Assembly: GCA_000438075.1 (NCBI GenBank) | Contig: FR903546.1 | Location: 82,996 to 146,995, forward strand | Length of the DNA: 64,000 nucleotides | Direction: 5' to 3' | DNA from: Clostridium sp. CAG:609 | GTDB lineage: Bacteria; Bacillota_I; Bacilli_A; RF39; UBA660 | Shown here: piece by piece, positions 13,373-21,836 of the stretch | Position numbering within the stretch: position 1 is the first letter of the stretch | How the letters are laid out: every line of letters begins with the position of its first letter | Translations under genes and position numbers: made by a program | The notes under the pieces: model-generated | What the model was told of the DNA's origin: nothing | What the model saw: only the letters and a program-made list of their open reading frames with translations | Database searches by the model: none

Positions 13373-13429
13373 GATACAGCAAAAAAATACTACAAAATTT
13401 TAATATATTAATGAAAGGAAATGAAATAA

Positions 13430-14386
13430 ATGAAAATATTATGTATAGGACATTCTAGCTGGGATATGACTGTTCCAGTAGACGATTATCCAGTAGAAAA
13501 TACTAAATATAGATTTAGTGAAAAATATAGTGCTGGTGGTGGTCCTGCATCAAATGCTGCATATCTTCTTGGTAAATGGGGTATAGAAACAGTTATTGCA
13601 ACCACTATTGGTTCTGATGACTTTGGAACTAAAATTAAAAAAGAATTTCAAGATATAAAAGTAAATACTGAATATATTGAAACAAACTATGAAAAAGAAA
13701 CATCTTTCTCATTTATTCTTATTAATAAAAAGAATGGTTCAAGAACAGTATTTAATGTAGCAACAGAACATCCTGCATTAAAAAAACTTAACTATGACTT
13801 TACTCCGGATATCATATTTACAGATGGACATGATTATGGAGCAACCCAAAATGCTATAAGTAAATATCAAAATGCAATAAGTGTAATTGATGCTGGTAGA
13901 ATAACCCCTGAACTACTTGAACTATGCAAGTATATTAAATATATTGTATGTAGTAAAGGTTTTGCAGAAACAGTAACAGGTATGAAATTTGATTTTAATA
14001 ATCCTCAAAGCCTAGTAAATATTTATACTAAATTACAAGATAAATACCCAAATAGTAATTTAACAATAACCCTAGAAGAACATGGATGTCTTTATACATC
14101 AGGTAATGAAATAAAAATAATGCCCGGTTTAAAACTTACTCCGGTAGATACAACAGGTGCTGGTGATATATTCCATGGTGCATTTACTTATGGACTAGCT
14201 AATGGTTTTGATATGGATAAGATAGTGACATTTGCAAATATTGCAGCAGGCTTATCTGTTACTAAAATGGGTTCTAGATTATCTATTCCATCATTATCTG
14301 AAGTAATGGATTATTATAATGCTAGATTTAATGTTAGTGGCTTGCCACAGACTAATAATACTGGGGAAGCAAATAGTGCTAACTAG
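13430..14386 (+). CDS. PfkB-family carbohydrate kinase (ribokinase-like)
   Basis: GGGPASNAA near the N-terminus and the DTTGAGDIFHGAF nucleotide-binding motif. Confidence 0.85.
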   Translation: MKILCIGHSSWDMTVPVDDYPVENTKYRFSEKYSAGGGPASNAAYLLGKWGIETVIATTIGSDDFGTKIKKEFQDIKVNTEYIETNYEKETSFSFILINKKNGSRTVFNVATEHPALKKLNYDFTPDIIFTDGHDYGATQNAISKYQNAISVIDAGRITPELLELCKYIKYIVCSKGFAETVTGMKFDFNNPQSLVNIYTKLQDKYPNSNLTITLEEHGCLYTSGNEIKIMPGLKLTPVDTTGAGDIFHGAFTYGLANGFDMDKIVTFANIAAGLSVTKMGSRLSIPSLSEVMDYYNARFNVSGLPQTNNTGEANSAN

Positions 14387-14630
14387 TAAGACACCTAAAT
14401 TAGACCTACATGGTGAAATAGTATCTATGGTAGAGGTATTAGTTAACGAATTTATTGCTGATAACTTAAAAATGGGTTATAGTGAAGTAATAATAATTCA
14501 TGGAAAAAGCACTAATATCTTGACAGAAGAAGTTCATAAAGTATTAAAAAGAAATAAAAATGTTAGAAAATACTATAAAAATAATTGGAATCTGGGGGAA
14601 ACAATCGTTGAAATTAATGAGCAAAAATAA
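14376..14630 (+). CDS. Smr (small MutS-related) domain protein
   Basis: LDLHG...IIHGKS Smr signature. GTG 14376 follows GGGGAAG. The listed ATG 14319 would overlap the kinase gene by 68 nt. Confidence 0.7.
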   Translation: MLTSKTPKLDLHGEIVSMVEVLVNEFIADNLKMGYSEVIIIHGKSTNILTEEVHKVLKRNKNVRKYYKNNWNLGETIVEINEQK

Positions 14631-14658
14631 AGACTTTTGCTCATTTTTCATGAAATAT

Positions 14659-14687
14659 TTGACAATTGGTGTTAAATTTGGTATAAT
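14659..14687 (+). promoter_or_regulatory. consensus sigma-A promoter (TTGACA-17-TATAAT, TG-extended)
   Basis: ttgaca at 14659-64, a 17-nt spacer ending in tgg, and tataat at 14682-87. Confidence 0.6.
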
Positions 14688-14736
14688 TTAGCTCCAATAA
14701 GGAAATACTACGAATATATGAAAAATTTACACAAAT

Positions 14737-14765
14737 TTGACAAAAAGTTAAGAATGTGGTATAAT
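14737..14765 (+). promoter_or_regulatory. second consensus sigma-A promoter (TTGACA-17-TATAAT, TG-extended)
   Basis: ttgaca at 14737-42, a 17-nt spacer ending in tgg, and tataat at 14760-65. It lies inside the listed 14718 ORF extension. Confidence 0.6.
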
Positions 14766-14798
14766 TTAATTGTTCGAGTAATTAGGGGGTATGGAAAA

Positions 14799-15218
14799 AT
14801 GAAAGGATACGTTTTAGAATACGTCTGTGAAAATGAATTTAAAAAGTTAGAAAGAGCATTAAAGAAGTATAATATGTTAGCTTTTAAAAAGTTAAACTTC
14901 GATTATTATCCATCTTTAAGAAATGGTAACTTTGTAGGTGAATTAGTATCAGTAAATAAAAAGAATGGTACTGAAACTTATGAATTAAAATTACCAAGTG
15001 ATAAGATGTTTGCTCAAATTCATGGTGAAGTTAAATTAGTATATACTGTTCATAAAAAAGATGAAGTAGTAGTACTTGAAACAATTACACCATCAGAAAT
15101 ACTTTTAGAAGGTCACAGATCAGAACTTACAACTTATAAAGGAATAATGATTTCAAAAGCAAACGCATCAAAAGACATGTTTAAAATTGATTTATTAAAT
15201 ATGTTACAAGATAAATAA
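14799..15218 (+). CDS. hypothetical protein
   Basis: ATG 14799 is preceded by AGGGGG and lies downstream of the promoter at 14737-65. An in-frame alternative start exists at 14718. No firm family assignment. Confidence 0.55.
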   Translation: MKGYVLEYVCENEFKKLERALKKYNMLAFKKLNFDYYPSLRNGNFVGELVSVNKKNGTETYELKLPSDKMFAQIHGEVKLVYTVHKKDEVVVLETITPSEILLEGHRSELTTYKGIMISKANASKDMFKIDLLNMLQDK

Positions 15219-15232
15219 TATAATGTTTATGA

Positions 15233-15266
15233 AACTTAAGCGAAGGGGGTTGCTTAAGTTTTTTTA
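15233..15266 (+). terminator. rho-independent terminator
   Basis: cttaagc / gcttaag stem followed by a T7 run. Confidence 0.7.
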
Positions 15267-15284
15267 ATATTTGAAGAAAAAGGG

Positions 15285-15313
15285 TTGCATATGAGGGAAA
15301 TTTGTGGTAATAT
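15285..15313 (+). promoter_or_regulatory. promoter of the tRNA pair
   Basis: TTGCAT, a 17-nt spacer, then TAATAT with a TG extension, about 12 nt upstream of the first tRNA. Confidence 0.5.
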
Positions 15314-15325
15314 TAATATTGTCAT

Positions 15326-15402
15326 GGACCTCTAGCTCAGTTGGTTAGAGCCCCCGGCTCATAACCGGGTTGTCGCAGGTTCGAGTCCTGCGAGGTCCAC
15401 CA
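15326..15402 (+). tRNA. tRNA with CAT anticodon, probably tRNA-Ile2 (lysidine type); software may call it tRNA-Met
   Basis: The cloverleaf folds by hand: acceptor ggacctc/gaggtcc, anticodon stem cccgg/ccggg with loop ctCATaa, T stem gcagg/cctgc, encoded CCA. G1-C72 pairing argues against an initiator. C4, C5 and the GGCTCATAACC loop resemble Ile2. Confidence 0.9.
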
Positions 15403-15408
15403 TTATAT

Positions 15409-15493
15409 GCAGGCGTGGCGGAACTGGTAGACGCGTTAGACTTAGGATCTAATGGAAAATTCCGTGGGGGTTCAAGTCCCTTCGCCTGCACCA
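15409..15493 (+). tRNA. tRNA-Leu (anticodon TAG)
   Basis: Acceptor gcaggcg/cgcctgc, anticodon stem ttaga/tctaa with loop ctTAGga, a long variable arm and encoded CCA. Confidence 0.92.
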
Positions 15494-15580
15494 ATTAGTT
15501 TATAATGCAAATTGTTGCATATAATAAAAAATGGGAAATACTTAACTTGCTATGTTGAGTACTTGCCATAAATGTGATTG

Positions 15581-15617
15581 GTACTCAATCTAGTTTATGA
15601 TTGAGTACTATTTTTTT
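15581..15617 (+). terminator. rho-independent terminator after the tRNA pair, overlapping the 3' end of the antisense peptide gene
   Basis: gtactcaat / attgagtac stem followed by tattttttt. Confidence 0.65.
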
Positions 15618-15697
15618 ATAATTAAAATCATCAAGGATATAATTAATAAAATGATGATTATTATTAGAAATATAATTAATAAATCTTTTTTCTTCAT
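15608..15697 (-). CDS. 29-aa hydrophobic peptide, type I toxin-like (MKKKDLLIIFLIIIIILLIISLMILIIKK)
   Basis: It is not in the ORF track because it is under 60 aa. GGAGG lies ~10 nt upstream of the ATG. The peptide is a single TM helix flanked by Lys residues. A consensus promoter lies upstream and a 15-bp inverted repeat brackets the gene. Confidence 0.55.
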   Translation of the reverse strand: MKKKDLLIIFLIIIIILLIISLMILIIKK

Positions 15698-15767
15698 AAT
15701 CTATCAAGCCTCCTTCCTTTTTTAGAAGTTGGCAAGTACTCAACAGTTAAAATTTCCCATGAATATA

Positions 15768-15796
15768 ATTATACTATTCGTAAACATGCTAGTCAA
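15768..15796 (-). promoter_or_regulatory. consensus sigma-A promoter driving the small peptide gene
   Basis: On the minus strand it reads TTGACT, a 17-nt spacer, then TATAAT. Confidence 0.6.
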
Positions 15797-16006
15797 GCGA
15801 ACAATTTGTGAAATTTTAAATCAATCTAAAATAATAAAATTAGTGTTTGACAGTATGTAAAAGATATAATATATTATTAGTGTCATCAGCAATAAAAAGA
15901 TGATTAATATAAGAAAAGTAATTAATAAAAATGAACAAGAAAGTCAATCGAAAATGGTTGATTTTTTTGTATGCTTGATATAGAATATAACCCGAGGTGA
16001 AAAGCT

Positions 16007-16843
16007 ATGAACCAAGGAATAAATGAAATATTAATTGAGTTTGTTAATACTATGATACAAACATTTCCAAAAGATGATTTAGTATTACTAAATAATAATT
16101 TAAAGAAACTAAATATTGTTACAAGAAGTTTTAAGTTATCTAATGTTTTAAAACATGAAAATACCGGAGCACAATGGATACCAGAAAAAAATAGAATTGA
16201 AATATCTTTACAAAACTATAGAAACACTATTAACCATGAACTATTGCATGTTGCAAGTACATATATTAGTGATAATAATATGATTCATTGTGGTTTTTAT
16301 AAATATTTAAATGAACATAGTAACATCGGAGAATCAATTAATGAGGGATATACCCAATACCTAGCAGAAAAATACTTTACTAAGTATCCTATATTAAAAG
16401 CCTATACATATGAAAAACAAATAGCTTCTGCTATAGAATTAATAATTGGAAGAAAATTAATGCAAAAACTATATTTTAATGCAGATTTAAATGGATTAGT
16501 ATTATCTTTAGAGAACTTTGAATCAATCGATAATATATATACATTTTTAAATAAAATGGATTATGTAACAAAAACTAAAAAAGATAAAAGAATAATCAGC
16601 GTATTAAAAGAAATAAATTATTTTGTAACAAGCATGTATCTTAGAAAAGTTATGAAAGAAAATAAAGATATAGACATAAAAGATCTAATAAAAAGAATGC
16701 TTCCATTAATAATGGTTCTTCCTAGTCAAATGACTATAGATAAAGTGGCATATAAAATAAATGATGATAATGAAGTATTTAGTATAATAAATAATGTCTA
16801 TAATGAATTTCAAAACAAATCAACAAAAAATTTTAAAAAATGA
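16007..16843 (+). CDS. hypothetical protein with an HExxH motif (putative zinc metallopeptidase)
   Basis: HELLH, followed ~30 aa later by NEGYTQ (a possible third ligand Glu). No further family recognition. Confidence 0.4.
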   Translation: MNQGINEILIEFVNTMIQTFPKDDLVLLNNNLKKLNIVTRSFKLSNVLKHENTGAQWIPEKNRIEISLQNYRNTINHELLHVASTYISDNNMIHCGFYKYLNEHSNIGESINEGYTQYLAEKYFTKYPILKAYTYEKQIASAIELIIGRKLMQKLYFNADLNGLVLSLENFESIDNIYTFLNKMDYVTKTKKDKRIISVLKEINYFVTSMYLRKVMKENKDIDIKDLIKRMLPLIMVLPSQMTIDKVAYKINDDNEVFSIINNVYNEFQNKSTKNFKK

Positions 16844-17082
16844 TAAAAAATTACAAAAAAAATCAATTTTCACAAAAACATCACATAAATATCACAATTG
16901 AATAGTAACATGTATATCGGAGGTTGAAAGAAGTATCAACACATGATGTTTATTAATCATTAACTCTTTTACAAACCTTTCTATAATATAAATTATAGTC
17001 TTATAGTTCCTACAATATTAAGTATTAAAGTTTTCTTTTAAATATGTAAACAATATAAACGGTGTTGGTATGGAGCCTCCAT

Positions 17083-17108
17083 GATGGAATTTCTTCCATC
17101 TTTTTTTT
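17083..17108 (+). terminator. orphan rho-independent terminator in an ORF-free region
   Basis: gatggaa-tttc-ttccatc hairpin followed by T8. It is immediately preceded by the 13-bp palindrome atggagCctccat. Confidence 0.6.
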
Positions 17109-17271
17109 GACTAAATTTACCAAACGAATGTATTGACACAATAACAAATGTATAGTATTATAGATACATCGTTTAAAAAGAGTTTTATGTATTAGAAACC
17201 TCGATAATATTTACAATTTTAGAAATACATGATACAATATTATCGGATTAAAATATGAAAGGGTGGTTACG

Positions 17272-17517
17272 ATGGATAACAAAACAACAATCTTCAATGT
17301 ATTAGAGTTACGACAAGAATTAATTCTTATGACCCTAAATGAAGTAATCGAAGCATTAGAATTTAAAGGATACAATGCAACAAATCAAATAGTAGGTTAT
17401 CTTTTATCTGGGGATAGCAAATACATCACAACATTTGCCGATGCTAGAAAGAAAATTTGTGCATTTGATAGAAGTGAAGTCTTAAGAGCAATCATTAATG
17501 GGTACTTAGGAAAATGA
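17272..17517 (+). CDS. ireB: IreB-family regulatory phosphoprotein (UPF0297)
   Basis: EALEFKGYNATNQIVGYLLSGD motif. It sits upstream of ruvX, as in other Bacillota. Confidence 0.85.
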   Translation: MDNKTTIFNVLELRQELILMTLNEVIEALEFKGYNATNQIVGYLLSGDSKYITTFADARKKICAFDRSEVLRAIINGYLGK

Positions 17518-17939
17518 AAAGATATATAGGTTTAGATTTAGGGACAACTACATTAGGTGTTTCCATAACAGATAAAACAAATACACTAGTAAGTCCAGTT
17601 AAATTAATTAAATTTAAAAGGGAAAATTATGATTTTGCTTTAAATGAGTTAATCAAAATTGCAGAAGAAAAAAAGGTTAAAGACTTTGTTTTAGGTCTTC
17701 CAAAGAATATGGATAATTCTCTAGGTTTTGCAGCAAATCGAAGTCTTAATTTTAAAACAATGCTCGAAGAAAAAGGCTTCAATGTTTATCTTGAAGATGA
17801 AAGATTAACCACCGTCGAAGCTCTAAATATTATGAAAAATAATGGAATGAAAAACATTAAAGAAAAAGAAAAAACTGATATCTTATCAGCGGTATTAATA
17901 CTTGAAACATTTTTAAAGAGGGAAAAATATGAAAAATAA
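17514..17939 (+). CDS. ruvX: Holliday junction resolvase-like protein RuvX (YqgF)
   Basis: N-terminal GLDLGTTTLGVS, size and synteny. ATGA overlap with ireB. Confidence 0.9.
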   Translation: MKRYIGLDLGTTTLGVSITDKTNTLVSPVKLIKFKRENYDFALNELIKIAEEKKVKDFVLGLPKNMDNSLGFAANRSLNFKTMLEEKGFNVYLEDERLTTVEALNIMKNNGMKNIKEKEKTDILSAVLILETFLKREKYEK

Positions 17940-18192
17940 ATTAGTAATTGATAATAAAAAGAAAGACACATATAAACCATTATTAAAAATAAAAACAGAT
18001 GATGAAGAGTATATCATCTATACTAAAAATGAACAAAATAAACTAGGGGATACCATTTGTTATGTATCAAGTTATAGTTTTAATGATGGAACTCAAAGAC
18101 TTGAAACAGTTGATGATGTTACCTTAGAAATGTTAGATAATATATTTATGCAAGTAGAAAATTTAGTGAATAAAAAGGAAAGTAGTGATTAA
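17929..18192 (+). CDS. DUF1292 domain protein
   Basis: Small acidic protein in the conserved position between ruvX and mltG. Confidence 0.7.
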   Translation: MKNKLVIDNKKKDTYKPLLKIKTDDEEYIIYTKNEQNKLGDTICYVSSYSFNDGTQRLETVDDVTLEMLDNIFMQVENLVNKKESSD

Positions 18193-19252
18193 GATGAAAA
18201 AGAAAAGAAATAAAAAAATAATAATTATAATAAGTTCTGTTGTGGGGTCAATTCTTATTTTAGTGCTTCTATTTATGTTTTTATTGTCCCCTGCAGGTAA
18301 AAGTAATAAAGCAATAAATTTTGAAGTTAAAAAGGGTGAAAAAACAGAAGTGATCGTAGGTAACTTAAAAAGTGCAGGATTAATACGTAGTAAGTATGCA
18401 TCACTAATATATATGATTCTAACTAACAACAAAAACTTACAAGCAGGTTCTTATGAACTATCAAAAGATATGTCTGCAACAGATATTATTAAATCGATTA
18501 ACAATGGAAATATAAAAGAAGTTAAGAAACCTAGTGTTAAAATAACATTTAAAGAAGGTACAACTCTTAAAAACTACATAAAACAAATAAGTGAAAAAAC
18601 AAATGTAGATTATGATGAAGCAATTAAAAAATTAAATGATGCATCTTTCTTAAAAGGCTTAATAGCTGATTATTGGTTCTTAACACCAGATATACTAAAT
18701 ACTGATATATATTATCCACTTGAAGGATATTTATTCCCAAATAGTTATGAATTTTATAAAGAAACAACTATTGAAGAAGTAATAAAGAAAATATTAAATG
18801 AAACAAAGAAAAAATTAGATCCCCTAAAGGACAAAATTGAAAATGATAAACATAGTATTCATGAACTATTAACAATTGCATCAATTGCCGAAAAAGAAGC
18901 TAATTCATATGATGATAGAACTAAAGTAACTCAAGTAATTTACAAGAGATTAGACTTAAATATGGCACTTGGAATGGATGTTACAAGTTACTATGGAGTT
19001 CAAAAAGAAATGACAGAAACAATCACAAAACTTGACTTAAATGACAAAAACCCTTATAATACTAGAGTTACTTCGTTTATTGGGCTTCCTGTAGGTCCTA
19101 TTTGTAATCCTAGTATTGATAGTATCAAAGCAAGCTTAAATCCAGCTGATACAGACTATGTTTACTTTGTAGCAGACGTAGCAACTGGTAATGTTTATTT
19201 TGCAACTGATGAAAAGGGATTCAATGAACTTGTAACAAAATATATAAAGTAA
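18185..19252 (+). CDS. mltG: endolytic murein transglycosylase MltG (YceG-like)
   Basis: N-terminal TM anchor and a YceG domain (LEGYLFPNSYEF, ASIAEKEA). Confidence 0.9.
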   Translation: MIKMKKKRNKKIIIIISSVVGSILILVLLFMFLLSPAGKSNKAINFEVKKGEKTEVIVGNLKSAGLIRSKYASLIYMILTNNKNLQAGSYELSKDMSATDIIKSINNGNIKEVKKPSVKITFKEGTTLKNYIKQISEKTNVDYDEAIKKLNDASFLKGLIADYWFLTPDILNTDIYYPLEGYLFPNSYEFYKETTIEEVIKKILNETKKKLDPLKDKIENDKHSIHELLTIASIAEKEANSYDDRTKVTQVIYKRLDLNMALGMDVTSYYGVQKEMTETITKLDLNDKNPYNTRVTSFIGLPVGPICNPSIDSIKASLNPADTDYVYFVADVATGNVYFATDEKGFNELVTKYIK

Positions 19253-19262
19253 GGTGAGAATT

Positions 19263-19856
19263 ATGAAAGAAAACATAATGGAAATGGAAAAATATGCAAG
19301 TGAAAATAATGTTCCAATAATTGAAAAAGATTCAATAGCTTTTATTATGAAGTACATTAAGAAAAACAATATTAAAAATGTATTAGAAATTGGAAGTGCA
19401 ATAGGTTATTCAACAATTTTAATGGCTTCATCCAATCAAGATACGATTGTTACCACAATTGAAAGAGATGAAACAAGATACATGGAATGCTTAAAAAACG
19501 TTAAAAAATGTGGAATGGAAAAAAAGATTAACGTTGTGTATCAAGATGCATTAGAATTAAATTTATCTGAAGATTTAAGATATGACTTAATATTTATTGA
19601 TGCAGCAAAAGGGCAATATATTAAATTTTTTGAAAAATACAAAAATTTCTTAAATCCAAATGGAACAATAATCACTGATAATATTAATTTTCATGGTTAT
19701 GTAGGGCAATCAAGCAAACTAGACAAAGGTAATTTAAAAAGTCTTGTGGAAAAAATCGAAAAATATATTGAATTTTTAAAGACTAATCCAGAGTTCGATA
19801 CTAAATTTTATGATATCGGAGATGGACTTTCTGTAAGTACTTGGAAAAATGAATAA
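19263..19856 (+). CDS. trmR: SAM-dependent O-methyltransferase, TrmR/YrrM-like (tRNA ho5U methyltransferase)
   Basis: SAM motif VLEIGSAIGYS, IFIDAAK, and synteny mltG-yrrM-yrrN-yrrO as in Bacillus subtilis. Confidence 0.8.
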   Translation: MKENIMEMEKYASENNVPIIEKDSIAFIMKYIKKNNIKNVLEIGSAIGYSTILMASSNQDTIVTTIERDETRYMECLKNVKKCGMEKKINVVYQDALELNLSEDLRYDLIFIDAAKGQYIKFFEKYKNFLNPNGTIITDNINFHGYVGQSSKLDKGNLKSLVEKIEKYIEFLKTNPEFDTKFYDIGDGLSVSTWKNE

Positions 19857-20610
19857 ACTAGTTACTGTAACAAACAAAGAAATATTAAGTAAATTAAAAA
19901 AAGAGGATGTAACAAAAGTTTATCCTCTTAGATTTTTTTCCGTAGGATATAATGAATATTTTGATATATCTGAGATTGATGATTTTTGCCTTATAAATAG
20001 AATATTAACAGATGATGATTTAGATAAGTTAGATAATATCTTAAAAAATAGTAATATAAAAGGAATATTGTTTGATGACCTTGGAGTATTAGATATAATA
20101 AAAAATTTAAATATAACCAAAATATTTATCGGAGACCACATCAATAATAATGTATCATCCATTAATTATTATCTAGATTATGTTGATAGCATTGTGGTAT
20201 CTTCGGATATTACATATGATGAAATAAAGTATATTACAGAGCATGTTAAAAAAGATGTAGTTATTTATACATTTGGTCTAAAAGCTTTAATGTATTCAAG
20301 ACGTAATTTACTCGATAATTATGAAGAGTATTATAACTTAGAAAAAGATAATGAAATAAATACATCAATTAATGATAAATACTTTAAAGTAATTGAATCA
20401 AATTTTGGTACAAGGATTTATGCATATCCATTTTATTATGATGAAAGATTAAAAAAGTTAGATCATGTTTTATATAATTGGTATGATGTAAATACTTTAG
20501 ATAATGATAAAATAATTAGTGTTATAAACGATGATTTAAGTAATGTTCCAGTAAGCAATATTTTCTTAAATAAAAAAACTGTATTTAAGGTAGGTGATTT
20601 AGATGCCTGA
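19849..20610 (+). CDS. peptidase U32 family protein, YrrN/TrhP1-like
   Basis: Its position and size match the first of the paired U32 genes downstream of trmR. Confidence 0.65.
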   Translation: MNKLVTVTNKEILSKLKKEDVTKVYPLRFFSVGYNEYFDISEIDDFCLINRILTDDDLDKLDNILKNSNIKGILFDDLGVLDIIKNLNITKIFIGDHINNNVSSINYYLDYVDSIVVSSDITYDEIKYITEHVKKDVVIYTFGLKALMYSRRNLLDNYEEYYNLEKDNEINTSINDKYFKVIESNFGTRIYAYPFYYDERLKKLDHVLYNWYDVNTLDNDKIISVINDDLSNVPVSNIFLNKKTVFKVGDLDA

Positions 20611-21790
20611 GTTACTTGCACCCGCTGGGGATTTTGAAAAAATGAAGTATGCATTCCATTATGGTGCAGATGCAATTTATTGTGGTGGACAAAATTATTC
20701 TCTGAGAGCAAATGCTAAAAATTTTACTCTTGAAGAATTAAAAGAAGCAGTTACGTATGCTCACAACATAAATAAAAAAATATATGTAACAGTAAATATT
20801 GTCTTTCATGATGAAAATTTAGATGGTTTAAAAGAATATCTAATTTATTTAGATAAAATAAATATAGATGGAATTATTGCAAGTGATATAACAGTCATAA
20901 AATTAGTTCAAGAATTAAAACTTAAATTTAGTGTATGTTTATCAACTCAAGCAAGTCTTTTAAATAGTAGAGCAGTTAAGTTTTGGCAAAGTCTTGGAGT
21001 TACCAGAGTCGTTCCTGCTCGTGAAGCAACACGTGAAGACTTAAAAAGAATATCTAAAACTGGTATTGAAATTGAAACATTTATCCATGGGGCAATGTGT
21101 ACATCAATTAGTGGTAAATGTATTTTATCAAATTATGTAACCAATAGAGATTCAAATCGTGGTGGTTGTGCTCAAATTTGTCGCTGGGAATTTACATCTC
21201 AAGATAAACCAAATTTTACAATAATGCCAAAGGATTTAAACATGGTTCCCTTTATTAAAGAAGAAATGGGCATGGGTGTTAAATCGTTTAAAATTGAAGG
21301 AAGAATGCGTTCGATATACTATATTGCAACAGTGATTTTATCATATAGAAAAATGATTGATGCCGCAAATAACAATACATTAACTAAAAGTGATGAAGAA
21401 TATTACTTAAAAGTTTTAAATCGCTGTGCTAATAGAGAATCAACACCACAATTTTTTGATAAATTGCCAGGTGTTAATGAAGAGTATTGGCAAGGTCGTA
21501 CCGAAGTATCAAATCAAGATTTTCTAGGACTCGTTTTAGATTATGACGATGAAACAAATTATGCCACTATTGAAGTAAGAAATTATTTCAAAAAAGGCGA
21601 TGAAGTTCAATTTATTGGTCCGAATATAGAAACATTTAATTATAAAATTAATAAAATATATAATGACCAAGATGAAATAATTGATGTATGTAGACATCCA
21701 AAAAGTATAATTAAAATAAAAGTTTCAAAAAAATTAAACAAATTTGACATGATGAGGGTAAAAGTATTTGACAAAATCACAAAATTATAG
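20603..21790 (+). CDS. peptidase U32 family protein, YrrO/TrhP2-like (tRNA U34 hydroxylation)
   Basis: U32 signature ETFIHGAMCTSISGKC and SFKIEGRMRS. Confidence 0.85.
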   Translation: MPELLAPAGDFEKMKYAFHYGADAIYCGGQNYSLRANAKNFTLEELKEAVTYAHNINKKIYVTVNIVFHDENLDGLKEYLIYLDKINIDGIIASDITVIKLVQELKLKFSVCLSTQASLLNSRAVKFWQSLGVTRVVPAREATREDLKRISKTGIEIETFIHGAMCTSISGKCILSNYVTNRDSNRGGCAQICRWEFTSQDKPNFTIMPKDLNMVPFIKEEMGMGVKSFKIEGRMRSIYYIATVILSYRKMIDAANNNTLTKSDEEYYLKVLNRCANRESTPQFFDKLPGVNEEYWQGRTEVSNQDFLGLVLDYDDETNYATIEVRNYFKKGDEVQFIGPNIETFNYKINKIYNDQDEIIDVCRHPKSIIKIKVSKKLNKFDMMRVKVFDKITKL

Positions 21791-21836
21791 TATGATTATG
21801 AACTGTAAATTGAAATAAAAAAGGAGATTGAAATTT

